The notes beneath the pieces are model-generated. The model was not told the origin of the DNA. It made no database searches and worked only from the letters and a program-made list of their open reading frames with translations. A program made the position numbers and the translations under genes. From assembly GCA_038087875.1 (NCBI GenBank), contig CM075992.1, positions 7,752,001 to 7,816,000 of the forward strand: a stretch of DNA of 64,000 nt, read 5' to 3'. This document shows, piece by piece, positions 13,035 through 25,121 of the stretch (positions within the stretch are counted from its first letter, which is position 1; each line of letters begins with the position of its first letter). Origin of the DNA: Malacoraja senta. Its lineage: Eukaryota.

Positions 13035-13232
13035 GTGTAAGAAGGAACTTCAGACGCTGACAGGCAGCATCTCCGAATCGAGACCCTTCTTCAGTCTGAA
13101 TGATAACCCTACTTATCGTATGAAATATCAATATAATGGTATTGGTCTGAAGAAGGATCTCGACCCGAAACGTCACCCATTCCTTCTCTCCAGAGATGCT
13201 GCCTGTCCTGCTGAGTTACTCCAACTTTGTGT
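13035..13232. mobile_element. Penelope-derived pLTR mini-element, inverted pair
   Basis: TSD CTATTGATAAGAACT (13020-13034) / CTATTGACAAGAACT (13233-13247); hammerhead core at 13147-13174. Confidence 0.85.
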
Positions 13233-13896
13233 CTATTGACAAGAACTATATTTTTAAGAATTAAAAGGCTCATGCATCAAACTGTATGCACCAAGGTATC
13301 CAAGGAGACAAATATGAATCTGACAGCTGTTTTTAGTTACTCTCGTAACGGGTTTTTTAACCAATACCATTATATTGATATTTCCTATTATAAGTAGGCT
13401 TATCATTCTCTAGCAGGGCCTATATTCACGGACTTCATTCGTCCTTTTTATAGGTCAGAGAAAGTCATTGTCCAATTTTATATTTTCCACTAGTTGCCCT
13501 TATAGTTTCTTTTCACTCGTTTTCTTTGTCGTCCTTTATGAATCCTGAACGTTTCCCAGTCTTGGGAACGTAAAAATGTACAGAGAACTCCATGATTATG
13601 TGTAACTGTTTTATTGAATTCTCAAACTCCACTGAGCATGTCCATGTACGTCATGCATTTACATACAAAACGTCTGGGGAACATAACAAAATTGTGTTGA
13701 TCATAAAGGAAATCTCCAATTATGAAATTGCACAAGGGACCACCTGCAGACGGTCATTCCAAAATTCCTTTTCAAATGCATGGTTCAGGATATGATGCAA
13801 TCCTTCCTGAGAGACAGATTCCACCTTTCAAGGGGCACAATGGACATGAATGTCACCATGCAGCAAATTATGTGCGGAGAGCTGCAATAACGTTTG

Positions 13897-13991
13897 AAGT
13901 CTGAAGAAGAGTCTCGACCTTAAACATTCACCCATTCCTTCTATCCAGAGATGGTGCCTGTCCTGCTGAGTTACTCCAGCATTTTATCTCT
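13897..13991 (+). mobile_element. Penelope-derived pLTR mini-element, single arm
   Basis: Starts AAGTCTGAAGAAG; perfect 11-bp TSD AATAACGTTTG (13886-13896 / 13992-14002). Confidence 0.8.
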
Positions 13992-15124
13992 AATAACGTT
14001 TGTACATGTCCTTACTGATCTGAAAAGAAAAATCCTTTGGTTCTCTCAAACAAGAGGAATCGTAAAGCATCTTCTAAAAAAGTCACCAGCATCCTAAATT
14101 GGCTCCACAATGAAAGAAAACTGTGATCCTCACCAGCTCACGGGATATATTCTCCTGCTGTATTTCAATAAATATCACGTTACACTGGTCCAGAAACTGC
14201 TTTAGATAAATAAACTTTTCACTGGACCCAGCAGTATCACAAAACACCCTACTGAGGAATGAACTTTTGACCTAAAATCCCCAGAGAATAGAATACCACA
14301 GAGTACTCTGAAGTGGTAAATAGACTCAGGTTGAAACATAATTCAAAATGCAGCTATACTGCAGTGTGCTGCGACATATCGACTTTTTGTGCACGGCAAT
14401 TCATTTATATACAACAGATCACAGGCATTTTGTAAAAGGACGTAGAGGGAAGCCGATTTAGCAGCACACTTACACTGTATTGCTAAATCAATATTTTATT
14501 AGGTTTTCTGTTGCGATGCAGAATGACAGAAAAGTGCCATACCAAATTAGATAATGTGACACATAATGCATCACCACCAAAGTCAGCAATTCCTTATTGC
14601 CTTACAGCAATAAACAAATAATTTAATGGATTTTCTCCCCAAATTTTAAGTCTCTCTCTCCTCTCCAAAATATCATACATCATTTTCACATGTAATATGG
14701 GGCAGGCCCAATCCCCATTTTTCTGTCATTAAGGAGGCAGTTAAGGATCATGAGCAAAATTTCAACTGTTAAATCTCTGCCTTGAATGGAGAAAGGAAGG
14801 AGGAAACTGGAAAGGCATCAGTGGCTCTAATGAGGACAAAAGTTCAGAAATCAGCATGTGGGAAACTGCGAATAAAAGTTCAAACTCTTAACAGAACTTA
14901 CTGAAATTCTAATACACTCAATATTGGATTTCTTCTAATAAGTAACATGATTTGCACAGTAATGGGGCCAGTATTTTGGGGTCTCATGCAATGAGAAAAG
15001 GTAAAATTGTAGCTATATCATCACAAAGCATAGAAACTTTCTTCCCAAAAATGTTCTTCCTTAATTCTAAAAGAATAAAAAATAGAATTGAATTTAACAT
15101 CATGGAACTTTCTACTTGTAATCT

Positions 15125-15430
15125 TTTAGTTTAGTTTAGTTTAGTTTAGAGATAGAGTGGAAACAGGCCCTTCGGCCCACCGGGTCAGCGCCGACCAACG
15201 ATCCTCGCACGCTAACACTACACACTAGGGACAATTTATAATTTTACCAAAGCCAATCAACCTATTTAATTACGTCTTTGGAGTGTGGGAGGAAACCGGA
15301 GCACTTGGAGAAAACCCACGCAGGTCACGGGGAGAACGTACAAACTCTGTACAGACAGGACCCGTGGTCAGGATCGAACCCAGGTCTGTGGTGGTGTAAG
15401 GCAGCAACTCTACCCATGCGACATCATGCT
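15125..15430 (-). mobile_element. tRNA-derived V-SINE (HE1-like)
   Basis: Minus strand: B box GGTTCGATCC, V-core CTGTCTGTACAGAGTTTGTACGTTCTCCCCGTG, (TAAAC)n tail. Confidence 0.85.
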
Positions 15431-15670
15431 GCACTTGTTACATGTATTCAGAGTTTTAGTGTTCTATACACTGAATTCTAGTTATCATACCTAATTTTTC
15501 TTTAGTGGACAGATTTACACCATTACTAGATGGAATGGAAAGCATTCTAACTTCCATGGCATAATTTAACTTTACAACATAGGAAGCTACCATTTAGCTT
15601 ATTGTGACAATGCACCAAAAAAAAAGACCTCCTAGTCTAATCTCACAGACATTGATTGTGTTAGCATCAT

Positions 15671-15903
15671 GTGTAGGAAAGAACTGCAGATGCTGGTTTA
15701 AATCGAAGGTAGACACAAAATGCTGCAGTAACTCAGCGGGACAGGCAGCATCTCTGGAGAGAAGGAATGGATGACGTTTCGGGTCAGGTCCGTTCTTCAG
15801 ACTTCTTCTGAAGAAGAAGGATCTCGACCCAAAACGTCACCCATCCCTTCTCTCCAGAGATGCTGCCTGTCTTGCTGAGTCACTCCAGCATTTTGTGTCT
15901 ACC
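15671..15903. mobile_element. Penelope-derived pLTR mini-element, inverted pair
   Basis: Inverted arms; perfect 15-bp TSD TTGTGTTAGCATCAT (15656-15670 / 15904-15918). Confidence 0.9.
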
Positions 15904-16500
15904 TTGTGTTAGCATCATCTTTAAACAAATGTCAAACACACAGATTCCAAACGTACATTTTAAGACTTCAGCCTTTTTTTTCCAGTGGGAAATCAACGAG
16001 GGGAAAAATATATTTTACATTAACAGCATAAGACATGTGAACAGTCTATTCCCAACGCCAATGCAATTTGCAGGATCATTACTATTAAGTCTGCATTTCC
16101 ATTTCTACAATCCCCTTGTCCACTTTGGACTCTGCATACAGAATCATTCATAATCTCAAGAGTTGAAGAAAGTTGAAAGGGTTCTGAGTATTTTCATAGC
16201 TTTTACGGAATGTGCTCTGAAATAAAACAATGTTTATTGCTACAGAAAATCCAATCTAAGAAACTCAAATTGTTGAGATAATTCTCAATATAACAATAGT
16301 ATTTAATATTAAAAATAATCAAGCAACTTAAATTAAATTCTGAATTAAGAGGCTTAGCAATGAGGTCACATAGCTACTAACAGTTTATTGTGATTTACTA
16401 GTGTTGTTAGGGAAGGGATTGTCTACATAGGTAGAGGGTGTGACTACTAGATAATGACCCCCATGGTTGGTTAATAAATCTGAGTGCATGAAATTAATTG

Positions 16501-16626
16501 TTTAAGAAAGAACTGCAGATGGTGGAAAAATCAAAGGTAGACAAAAATGCTGGAGAAACTCAGTGGGTGAGGCAGCATCTATGGAGAGAAGGTCGATGTT
16601 TCGGGTCGAGACCCTTCTTAAGACTG
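16501..16626 (-). mobile_element. Penelope-derived pLTR mini-element, single arm
   Basis: pLTR consensus on minus strand; flanked by ATTAATTG on both sides. Confidence 0.75.
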
Positions 16627-16756
16627 ATTAATTGGTCAGGAGCATCGTGGATGGAAATTCAGAGTGAAGGATGGTAGGGACTAAAATCTCCAAAGATTTC
16701 CCCAAATCTTAACAATGGAGCAGTGTATTTTTGGACACACATCATTGACCTGCAGA

Positions 16757-16879
16757 AGTCTGAAGAAGGGTCTCGGCCTGAAACGTCACTGATTCCTTTT
16801 CTCCAGAGGTGCCATCTGACCCGCAGAGTTACTCCAGCTTTTTGTGTCTATCTTCAGTATCTGCAGTTCCTTCCTACAC
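16757..16879 (+). mobile_element. Penelope-derived pLTR mini-element with hammerhead core (16760-16787)
   Basis: AGT-CTGAAGA-A-GGGT-CTCG-GCCT-GAAA-CGTC-ACT; TSD TCATTGACCTGCAGA (16742-16756) / TCATTGACTTGCAGA (16880-16894). Confidence 0.85.
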
Positions 16880-16948
16880 TCATTGACTTGCAGACATGGA
16901 TGTACAGATTAAAATTTCCAAATCTACAAATGTTCAAAGCACAAGTGT

Positions 16949-17245
16949 GGCACGGTGGCGCAGCGGTTGAGTTGCTGCCTGACAGCAAATGCAGTGCCGG
17001 AGACCCGGGTTCGATCCCGACTATGGGTGCTGTCTGTACGGAGTTTGTACGTTCTCCCCGTGACATGCGTGGGTTTTCTCCGAGATCTTCGGTTTCCTCC
17101 CACACTCCACAAATGTACAAGTTTGTAGGTTAATTGGCTTGGTAAATGTAAAAATTGGCCCTAGTAGGTGTAGGATAGTGTTAATGTGCAGGGATCACTG
17201 GTGGGCCAAAGGGCCTGCTTCTGCTTGATATCTCTAAACTAAACT
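16949..17245 (+). mobile_element. tRNA-derived V-SINE (HE1-like)
   Basis: A box TGGCGCAGCGG, B box GGTTCGATCCC, V-core, TCTCTAAACTAAAC tail. Confidence 0.9.
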
Positions 17246-18175
17246 CAGTGTGAATCAAATGCTGGTAAATGGGATGAGTAGAGCAAGGACTTGTTGGTCA
17301 GCATGAACATGATGAGGAGTAAAAATAGCGAAGAGAACAGTAACAGAATTTGAGAATGCACATGCTAACAATGGAAAGGCAGGTGGCAAATTAAATTTAA
17401 TTCAGAAATGTAGTACATTTTGCAAGAAAAAAAAAGAGAAAATATAAATTAAACACGGACCACAAGAACAAAATAACTTTGGTGTACATGTCCATATATC
17501 GTGGAAATTGATATATTTTTACTCTGCTATATTATTATATTGAAACATTTAATTAATGCACTGCTATTCTCAGTAAATCTAATAATTTTGAAATAATGAT
17601 ACAATTGATTGCTAATCCAACTGTTATCCTCCCCTGTTGAATTTCAACCATTGTACTGGCAAGTAACCTTGGCCGTTTCACATTCAGCACCACAACCCAT
17701 GTTGTGTAGGAAGCAGGGTCGTGCTACTGCTACTATTTATTTCCCCTGCCACAAATTAAATGACCGCAGTATCTTGAAATGGGTTGCTACTGAACACTGG
17801 TCCCCAAAGCGTCATGAAATTATTATCGGTGCATTAGCATACAATTTATTCACTTCTTGAGATGTGCACCAGAACCCAAATTAATTTTTTAAAAATTGTT
17901 GAGACATGTTAATGCCTCTTGAACTGCATGGATCAGGTTTCCTGTAAATTACAACCTATGATAAAATACAATTCCTGAAAGTTTGAACTAAGCATAGAAA
18001 ATGCTGGAAATATGCAGCAGGGCATGAGATTAATGAACTTAGTGGAAAGTATATGAGAGCTTACTATTTCTGGCTGAAACATCTTGCGACTTTGCAAAAT
18101 TTAAGCAATCTAATTATTTTGGCCATAAACTACATCATATTCAGCATTGTAAATTAAAACAAGAAAACGCTGCAA

Positions 18176-18620
18176 GTACGGTGGCGCAACGGTAGAGTTG
18201 CGGCCTTACAGCGCCAGAGAACCGGGTTCGATCCTGATTATGGGTGCTGTCTGTATGGAGTTTGCACGTTCTCCACCTGACCGACGTGGATTTTATCCGG
18301 GTCCTCCAGTTTCCTCCCACACTCCAAAGACCTACAGGTTTGTAGGCTAATTGGCTTGGTAAAATTGTAAATTGTCCCTAGTGTGTAGGATAGTGTTAGT
18401 CATAGAGTTAGAGAGTCATACAGTGTGGAAACAGGCCTTTCGGCCCAACTTGCACACTGGCTAACATGTCCCAGCTACACTTGTCCCTCCTGCCCGCGTT
18501 TGGCCCATATCCCTCCAAACCTGTCCTATCCATGTATCCAAGTTAGTATGCGCGGATAGATGGTTGGCACGCTCGGTGAGTTAAGGGCCTCTTTCTTCTT
18601 CTATGTATCTCTAAACTAAA
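18176..18620 (+). mobile_element. V-SINE interrupted by an inverted CR1/SINE 3'-end fragment (~18398-18540)
   Basis: A/B boxes, V-core and TCTCTAAACTAAAC tail; internal GGAAACAGGCCTTTCGGCCC fragment. Confidence 0.8.
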
Positions 18621-19474
18621 CAACTCAGCAGATCAGCCAACGTCTATGGGAAAAGAAAGAGATGTGCATTTAGGGTTGAAGACCCTTTGTCAAAACCAGG
18701 GAGGAGAGAAAGAAATGTCCTTAAGCTGCAGGTAAGAAGGGGTTTGTTTCTGTTAGGGTAAAACCAGGGTGAACGTGGACTGTAAACAAAGTTTTCTGGT
18801 CAATGAGTGAATGGGAGTATAGAGTGAGAACAGACAAAATAAAAGAATGTAGGACTGAGCTGAGCAGAAAAATACCCTTCAGGTCAGGCTGGGTATTTCC
18901 TCCTGCATTTCAAGAGGGAAAAAAAGATAAAGGGAAAACAAACAAGATGAACTAATATCACTAATGGACAACTGAAGCAGACTGAGAAATCAAGTTGCCT
19001 AAAGTTGTAAAATTCAATGTTTAATCCAGAAGAATTTTATTGCTTAAATGTTACAGAGGTGCAAGATGTTGGAATGGAGAGACCACCACATTGTGAACAC
19101 TGGATGCAGTACACCAGGATGGAAAAGTACAGTAGCTCCAGCATTTACATTTAAAATAAAATGGTGATTATTTTGGCTGGTAGTAATATTTTCCATGACT
19201 GCCTCCCACTGTGAGACCATTTCTCCATCGCAATCGAACATACCATATTTGGAGCAAAAATTACAGAATGATATTGGTTAACACTCTATTTGAATACTTT
19301 AGAAAATCTGCAAAAGTAACCCATTAGATAGCCAAATTGCCAGCAGGTTAACTAGTATGTTTTTTGCTCATATGTGATACCAAAAAGATAGTTTGACAAA
19401 AAACTACTTAAACATATCTCCACTCAATTTCCACCGAAATGAAATTATTTTTTTAAACAGATATAATTAGGGCA

Positions 19475-20606
19475 GGTAGACAAAAAGCTGGAGAAACTCA
19501 GCGGGTGAAGCAGCATCTATGGAGCGAAGGAATGGGTAACGTTTCGGGTCGAGACCTTTCTTCAGATTGACGCGGGCGGGGGTGGGAGGGACGGGGGGCG
19601 GGAAGACTAAAGGAAGATGCGGAGACAGTGGGCTGTGGGAGAGCTGGGAAGGCGAGGGGATGGAGGGAGCAAGCAAGGACTACCTGAAATTGGAGAAGTC
19701 AATGTTCATACCGCTACCCAAGCGAAATATGAGGTGCTGCTCCTCCAATTTGCGGTGGGACTCACTCTGGCCATGGAGGAGGCCCAGGACAGAAAGGTCA
19801 GATTCGGAATGGGAGGGGGAGTTGAAGTGCTGAGCCACAGGGAGATCAGGTTGGTTAATGCGAACCAAGCGGAGATGTTGGGCGAAGCGTTCGGCAAGCC
19901 TGCGCTTGGTCTCACCGATGTGGAGCAGTTGACACCTAGAACAGCGGGTGTAATAGATGAGGTTGGAGGAGGTGCCTCACCTGGAAAGACTGCTTGGGTC
20001 CTTGGATGGAGTCGAGGATGGAGGTAAAGTGACAAGTGTAGCATTTCCTGCGGTTGCAAGGGAAAGTACCAGGGGAGGGGGTGTATTGGGTGGGAAGGGA
20101 CGAATTGACCAAGGAGTTGAAGAGGGAGCGGTCTCTGCGGAAAGCTGAAAGGGGAGGAGATGGGAAGATATGGCCAGTGGTGGGATCCCGTTGGAAGTGG
20201 CGAAAAGGAGTATCTGTTGTATGTGATGGCTAGTAGGGTGGAAGGTGAGGACAGGGGGGACTCTGTCCTTGTTACGAGTGGGGGGATGGGGAAAGAGAGC
20301 GGAGCTACGGGATATAGAGGAGATCCTGGTGAGAGCCTTATCTATAGTCGAAGAGGGGAACCCCAGTTCCCTAAAGACTGAGGACATCTCCGATGCCCTG
20401 GTTTGGTACACCTCATCCTGGGTGCAAATTCGGCATAGACAGAGGAATTGGGTGTAGGGGATAGAGTCCTTACAGGAAGCAGGGTGGGAAAAAGTGTAGT
20501 CCAGATAGCCATGGGTCAGTAGGTTTGTGTAGATGTCGGTCAGTGGTCTGTTACCTGCGATGGAGATAGTGAGGTCTAGAAACGGTAGGGAGATGGATAG
20601 TGAGGT
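19475..20606 (-). mobile_element. Penelope-like element, 5'-truncated (RT C-terminus, GIY-YIG remnants, pLTR with hammerhead core 19538-19565)
   Basis: Minus ORFs KDRVPPVLTFHP and QPDLPVAQHFNSPSH..RKLEEQHLIFRLG; TSD TAATTAGGGCA (19464-19474) / TAATTAGAGCA (20607-20617). Confidence 0.9.
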
Positions 20607-21454
20607 TAATTAGAGCAACATCATTGTTGCTGCTGTACAGCTCCAGCTAGTATTGACTTATTGGGCCAAATGGCCTCCTTCTATATCATAAGGGAATATG
20701 AGAAATGAGAAACAAAGTGCTATTCAGCAGAGTGTGCATATTTTCCACAAACGGTAGGAAAGATGTTGATTGAATGGTGAAGTGCGAGAACAATTTTTAG
20801 AAACCAATATTTTAACAGTAGCATACACAAATGTAAGATAAATATTTTTATAATGCAACAAATGTAATAATGTTCCACCTAAACATAATCACTCTTCATA
20901 AACATGCTCACACCACCATTGTGGTCGCCATGCATTGACAGTAGTTAAAAGACTTAACAAAACAAACTGCTAGATGAACTCAGCAGTTCAAGCAGCATCT
21001 GTAGAGGGAAATAATTCATCCATCACACAAAGGATCCTAACTTAAGATGGTGTCTGTCCACTTTCCTACACAGAAGCCTGATCTATTAAGTTCTTCCAGC
21101 CAGCAGTCACTCAAGATTCCAACATCTGCAGTCTTGTGTCTCTGTGATTTAACAAGTTGTGCTGGATATGGAAAACAAATCCAGTATATCCAATCTTTCC
21201 TCATAACTAGGCAATATTCTTGTGAATCTCCTTTGTAAGCTTTCCAGAATAATTGTGTCCTTCCTCTAGAGTAGCAACCAGAACTGTAGGTTGAACATTC
21301 TTTATATTCCTCATCCTCACCCTCCTACTTTGATTCCCAGCCTTCCTCCCACCATCTTTGATCTCCTGTTTCTATCTAATCCTTGCAACATCACATAACG
21401 TGTGGTTCTAGTGGCGAAGGGGTGCGTAGCAGAGTTCAGATTACTCAGGCACAC

Positions 21455-22380
21455 ACATTTGCCGTTTTTTGCAGAGATGACCAAGAGGATTCAAGAGGGC
21501 AGGGCAGTTGATGTTGCCTCCATGGGCTTTAGCCTTTGTCAAGGTCCAACGTGGTAAGCTGGTCTGGAGGATTAGTTTACATGGGATCTAGGGTGAGCTA
21601 GCCAATTAGGTACAATATTGTGGTGGAATGTGGCTATTCAGACTTTCGGCCTGCATCAGTGGTATGCTGGGTCCATTGTTGTTTGACATCTATATTAATG
21701 ATTTGGGTGGCAGTGTTGTAAGCATGTTAACAATTCAATTCTGACAAGTGCAAGGGGTTCCATTTTGGAAGCATGAACTGGTGCGGGACTTGTAACATAA
21801 ATGGTAGGACCCTTTAGAAAGTTATAGAATGGAGCAATCTCAGAGTGCAAGTGCATAGCTCCATGAAAATGGCACACAAGTCGATTTGATGGTGAAGAAG
21901 GCGTTTGGCACTCATGGCTTCATTGGTCAGCGCATTGAATACGTGTGTTGGGGCATCATGTTGCAACTGTACAAGTCATTGCTGTGATCACGCTTTGAGT
22001 GCTATGTGCTGAGGAACTATGTCATTAAGCTGGATAGGGGGCAGGAAAGATTTATAAGGAGGTTACCAGAACAGGCCATGAGTTCTAAGGCTGGATAAGG
22101 CTGGATTAAAGTTGTTTTCACTTGAGCGTAGGAGGTTGAAGGGTGACCTTCTAGAGATAAATGATGGTCACAGTCTTTTTTTACAGGTAGGGGAGTTTAA
22201 AACAAGAGGCCATATATAAGGTGAGAGATTTAAAAAAATATGGGCATGAGGACAACTTTCTCACACAGAGGGAAGTAGGTGTAAGGAATTATCTGCCAGA
22301 GGAAGGGTAGAATTACATTTAAAAAACATTTAGACAGGTACAAAGATAAAAAGATTTAGAAGGATATGGACCAAACGCTG
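21455..22380 (+). mobile_element. CR1 LINE ORF2 3' part, degenerate
   Basis: GAGGGCAGGGCAGTTGATGTT, ATCTATATTAATGATTTG, GGAGGTTGAAGGGTGACCTT and AACTTTCTCACACAGAGGG CR1 landmarks. Confidence 0.75.
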
Positions 22381-22387
22381 ACAAGAG

Positions 22388-23039
22388 AAGAGTCAAGAAG
22401 AGTCAAGAGTGTTTTATTGTCATATGTCCCGGATGGGACAACAAAATTCTTACTTGCTGCTGTACAACAGAATATGTGAATATGTAAACATAGTACATAA
22501 CGGGGGAAGAGAACAAAAGCTCAATAAATAACTAATATAGTGCAATAATAATATAGTCTTTTGCAGTTCAGGGCTCAGAGCTTATTCGTTGTTGTGTTTA
22601 ATACCCTGATGGCTGTGGGGAAGGAGCTGTTCCTGAACCTGGACGTTACAGTTTTCAGGCTCCTGTACCTTCTTCCTGATGGCAGTGGTGAGATAAGTGT
22701 GTGGCCAGGATGGTGTGGGTCCTTGATGATTTTGGCTGCCTTTTTGAGGCAGCGACTACGATAGATCCCTTCGACGGTGGGGAGGTCAAAGCCGGTGATG
22801 GACTGGGCAGTGGTCACAACTTTTTGTAGTCTTTTCCTCTCCTGGACGTTCAAGTTGCCAAACCAGGCCACGATGCAACCAGTCAGAATGCCCGTGCACC
22901 AGTAGAAGTTTAGGGGAATCCTCTTTGACATGCTGAATCTCCGTAATCCTCAGGAAGTAGAGTCGCTGATGTATCTTCTTTATAATTGCATCGATGTGCT
23001 GGGTCCAGGAAAGATCTTCGGAAATATGCACGCCCAAAT
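22388..23039 (-). mobile_element. Rex1/Babar-type LINE, 5'-truncated
   Basis: Minus ORFs GVHISEDLSWTQHIDAIIKKIHQRLYFLR and ILTGCIVAWFGN..IIKDPHHPGHTLISPLPSGRRYRSLK. Confidence 0.9.
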
Positions 23040-24633
23040 AGGTGTAGCTCAGTTAGACGTTGCGGTTAGCATGGATCAGTTAGGCCAAAAGGCCTGTTTC
23101 CATGCTGTACAACTGCATGTGTCCATATGCAGAGTAATGTAACTTTCAAGTTGGCAGGCAGCCAACAATGGACCTACTTAATTGCTGGGAGTCCATGTCA
23201 TGAATCAGAGTCTTCTCAAGGGTTATTGTTTCATTGGGGTCATAAATCTGATCTAGGGACTGTTCCCAAAATATATGGTTACAGTAATATATGGAACATC
23301 AAAGCAATACCACTGCAGTTGGTAAAATCAAGATTCGTCACATTTATATAGTGGAGGCATTCTCACTAATGTCGAGAATACTAAAAATATCCGGTGCAAT
23401 CCTAAAATAACTAACATAAAATCACTGACAGGTCAGCCTGGCCTACAAACTGTAGCACCTCTACAGACCAATTCAAATGTATTTATGAGTGCATTTACAA
23501 AGCATTCTGCTAGAAACTGTCTGAACTGAAATCCCCACACAGACCAATATCAATTTATATTACTTCCTTTAGTGGTCAATGTAAGTAACCACATAGATTT
23601 GTAATATCCTATAGTGATGGATTACATAGTTTTTTTTTATTTTTCATTGTGATAGAACAGAACATGAGGAAGTCTCACACCAATACAAAATGGAAGAGAA
23701 TGGGGTTAGGAAGACTGCAGAGTTACTCACTGGATGACGAAGAGCTGTTTTATTATTAACAATTCTGCAATACAACACATGAAGAAAACTTATTTTTTAA
23801 ATAATGTGCAATTAATGTCATGAGATTCCATGTGATCACATCATATTTGTAAAAAGGTCCTATTGCACATGACAGCACCTTGCTGCTTTGCTAACTGGAT
23901 GGATCACTAAGGATTTCTTTATTTTCATTTTCTTAAAACAGCACATTTCGAAATAGTATAATCACAGATTGAATTTGGAATTAACTTCCTAATACTTCAA
24001 ATTTCATTATATTTTTTGGTCATTTCGACTCCAGCCTCCTTTGCATCCCTTTTCTCACAAGTGCGAGTCACCTGCCTTGAGCATTCAATAATTTTACTAC
24101 TGCTGAGTCCACTACTACTGCCACCACTGGAAAGAATCAGTATGGAGTAGATACCTAACGACAGGCCAACAAATACCATGGCTGCAAGCGAAGGACCAAG
24201 GATGGGTATCCTGTCGCACGATATTCACTTGGTGTCACTTCAATGTTTTTCCACCACCTATAAAGTTCTCTCCATTTGTATGTATGAAATTAGCTTAAAA
24301 ACCTTAATCAAATCCAGGCCAAATCAGGCCACTTGATTGCTACCTCATTCACCATCACAAATATTCATTTTCTCCACCACCAATAGTAATAATGCAAGAT
24401 GCAAAATTTGTGTAACTTTCAGTCTCGTTGATCCAGAACAGTGGCACAGCGGTAAAGTTGCTGCCTTACAGCGAATGCAGCGCCGGAGATTACGGGTGCT
24501 GCAGGTCCATCCCGACTACGGGCGCTGTCTGTACGGAGTTTGTACCTTCTCCCCATGACCTGCGTGGGTTTTCTCCCAGATCTTCGGTTTCCTCCCACAC
24601 TCCAAAGATGTACAGGTTTGTAGGTTAATTGGC

Positions 24634-24687
24634 GGGGTGGGAGATTGCAACCTTCACGTGGTCCACCCTGTTTCGACGAATGCAATC
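24634..24687 (+). ncRNA. Minimal HDV/CPEB3-like self-cleaving ribozyme (54 nt)
   Basis: P1 GGGGTGG/CCACCCT with G1-U wobble, P2 GATTGCA/TGCAATC, P3 ACC/GGT, L3 TTCACGT, P1.1 G24670, minimal P4 T-TTCG-A, J4/2 CGAA (putative catalytic C24677). Confidence 0.88.
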
Positions 24688-24776
24688 AACCTGGCGTGCA
24701 CAAACAGAAGATCAAACCGAACAAATTGTCCTACAACTTTAGGCTGTGCACGCCATACGCAAGAAGAAGAAGAAGA
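24634..24776 (+). mobile_element. Short ribozyme-headed retroposon, family A, copy 2
   Basis: Perfect 12-bp TSD AGGTTAATTGGC (24622-24633 / 24777-24788); ribozyme, then 11-bp hairpin, then CATACGC(AAG)n tail. Confidence 0.92.
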
Positions 24777-24955
24777 AGGTTAATTGGCTTGGTAAATGTA
24801 AAAATTGTTCCTAGTGGGTGTAGGATAGTGTTAATGTGCGAGTATCGCTGGTCGGCACGGACCCAGTGGGCCGAAAGGCTGTATCTCTAAACTAAACAAA
24901 GAAGGAATTTCATGTTTTCTCCCTGAAACAGCGAATTAAGAGAATACTTAATAAA

Positions 24956-25121
24956 CAATAGACGATAGGTGCAGGAGTAGGCCATTCGGCCCTTTGAGCC
25001 AGCACCGCCATTCAATGTGATCATGGCTGATCATCCCCAATCAGTACCCCGTTCCTACCTTCTCCCCATATCCCCTGACTCCGCTATTTTTAAGAGCCCT
25101 ATCTAGCTCTCTCTTGAAAGC
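24956..25121 (-). mobile_element. CR1 3' end
   Basis: Reverse complement of the CR1 3' terminus seen at ~48510-48686. Confidence 0.85.

Larger units (their letters stand above)
24439..24897 (+). mobile_element. V-SINE interrupted by the family A ribozyme-headed element
   Basis: V-core intact; SINE sequence AGGTTAATTGGC is duplicated around the insert. Confidence 0.85.

Noticed and set aside
16949..17030. tRNA-like sequence with A and B boxes
   Set aside because: It is the head of a V-SINE, continues into the V-core and tail, and gives no clean cloverleaf; same for the other SINE heads.
23997..24210. Hydrophobic minus-strand ORF resembling a transmembrane exon
   Set aside because: No recognisable homology, a weak acceptor and no supporting neighbouring exons.
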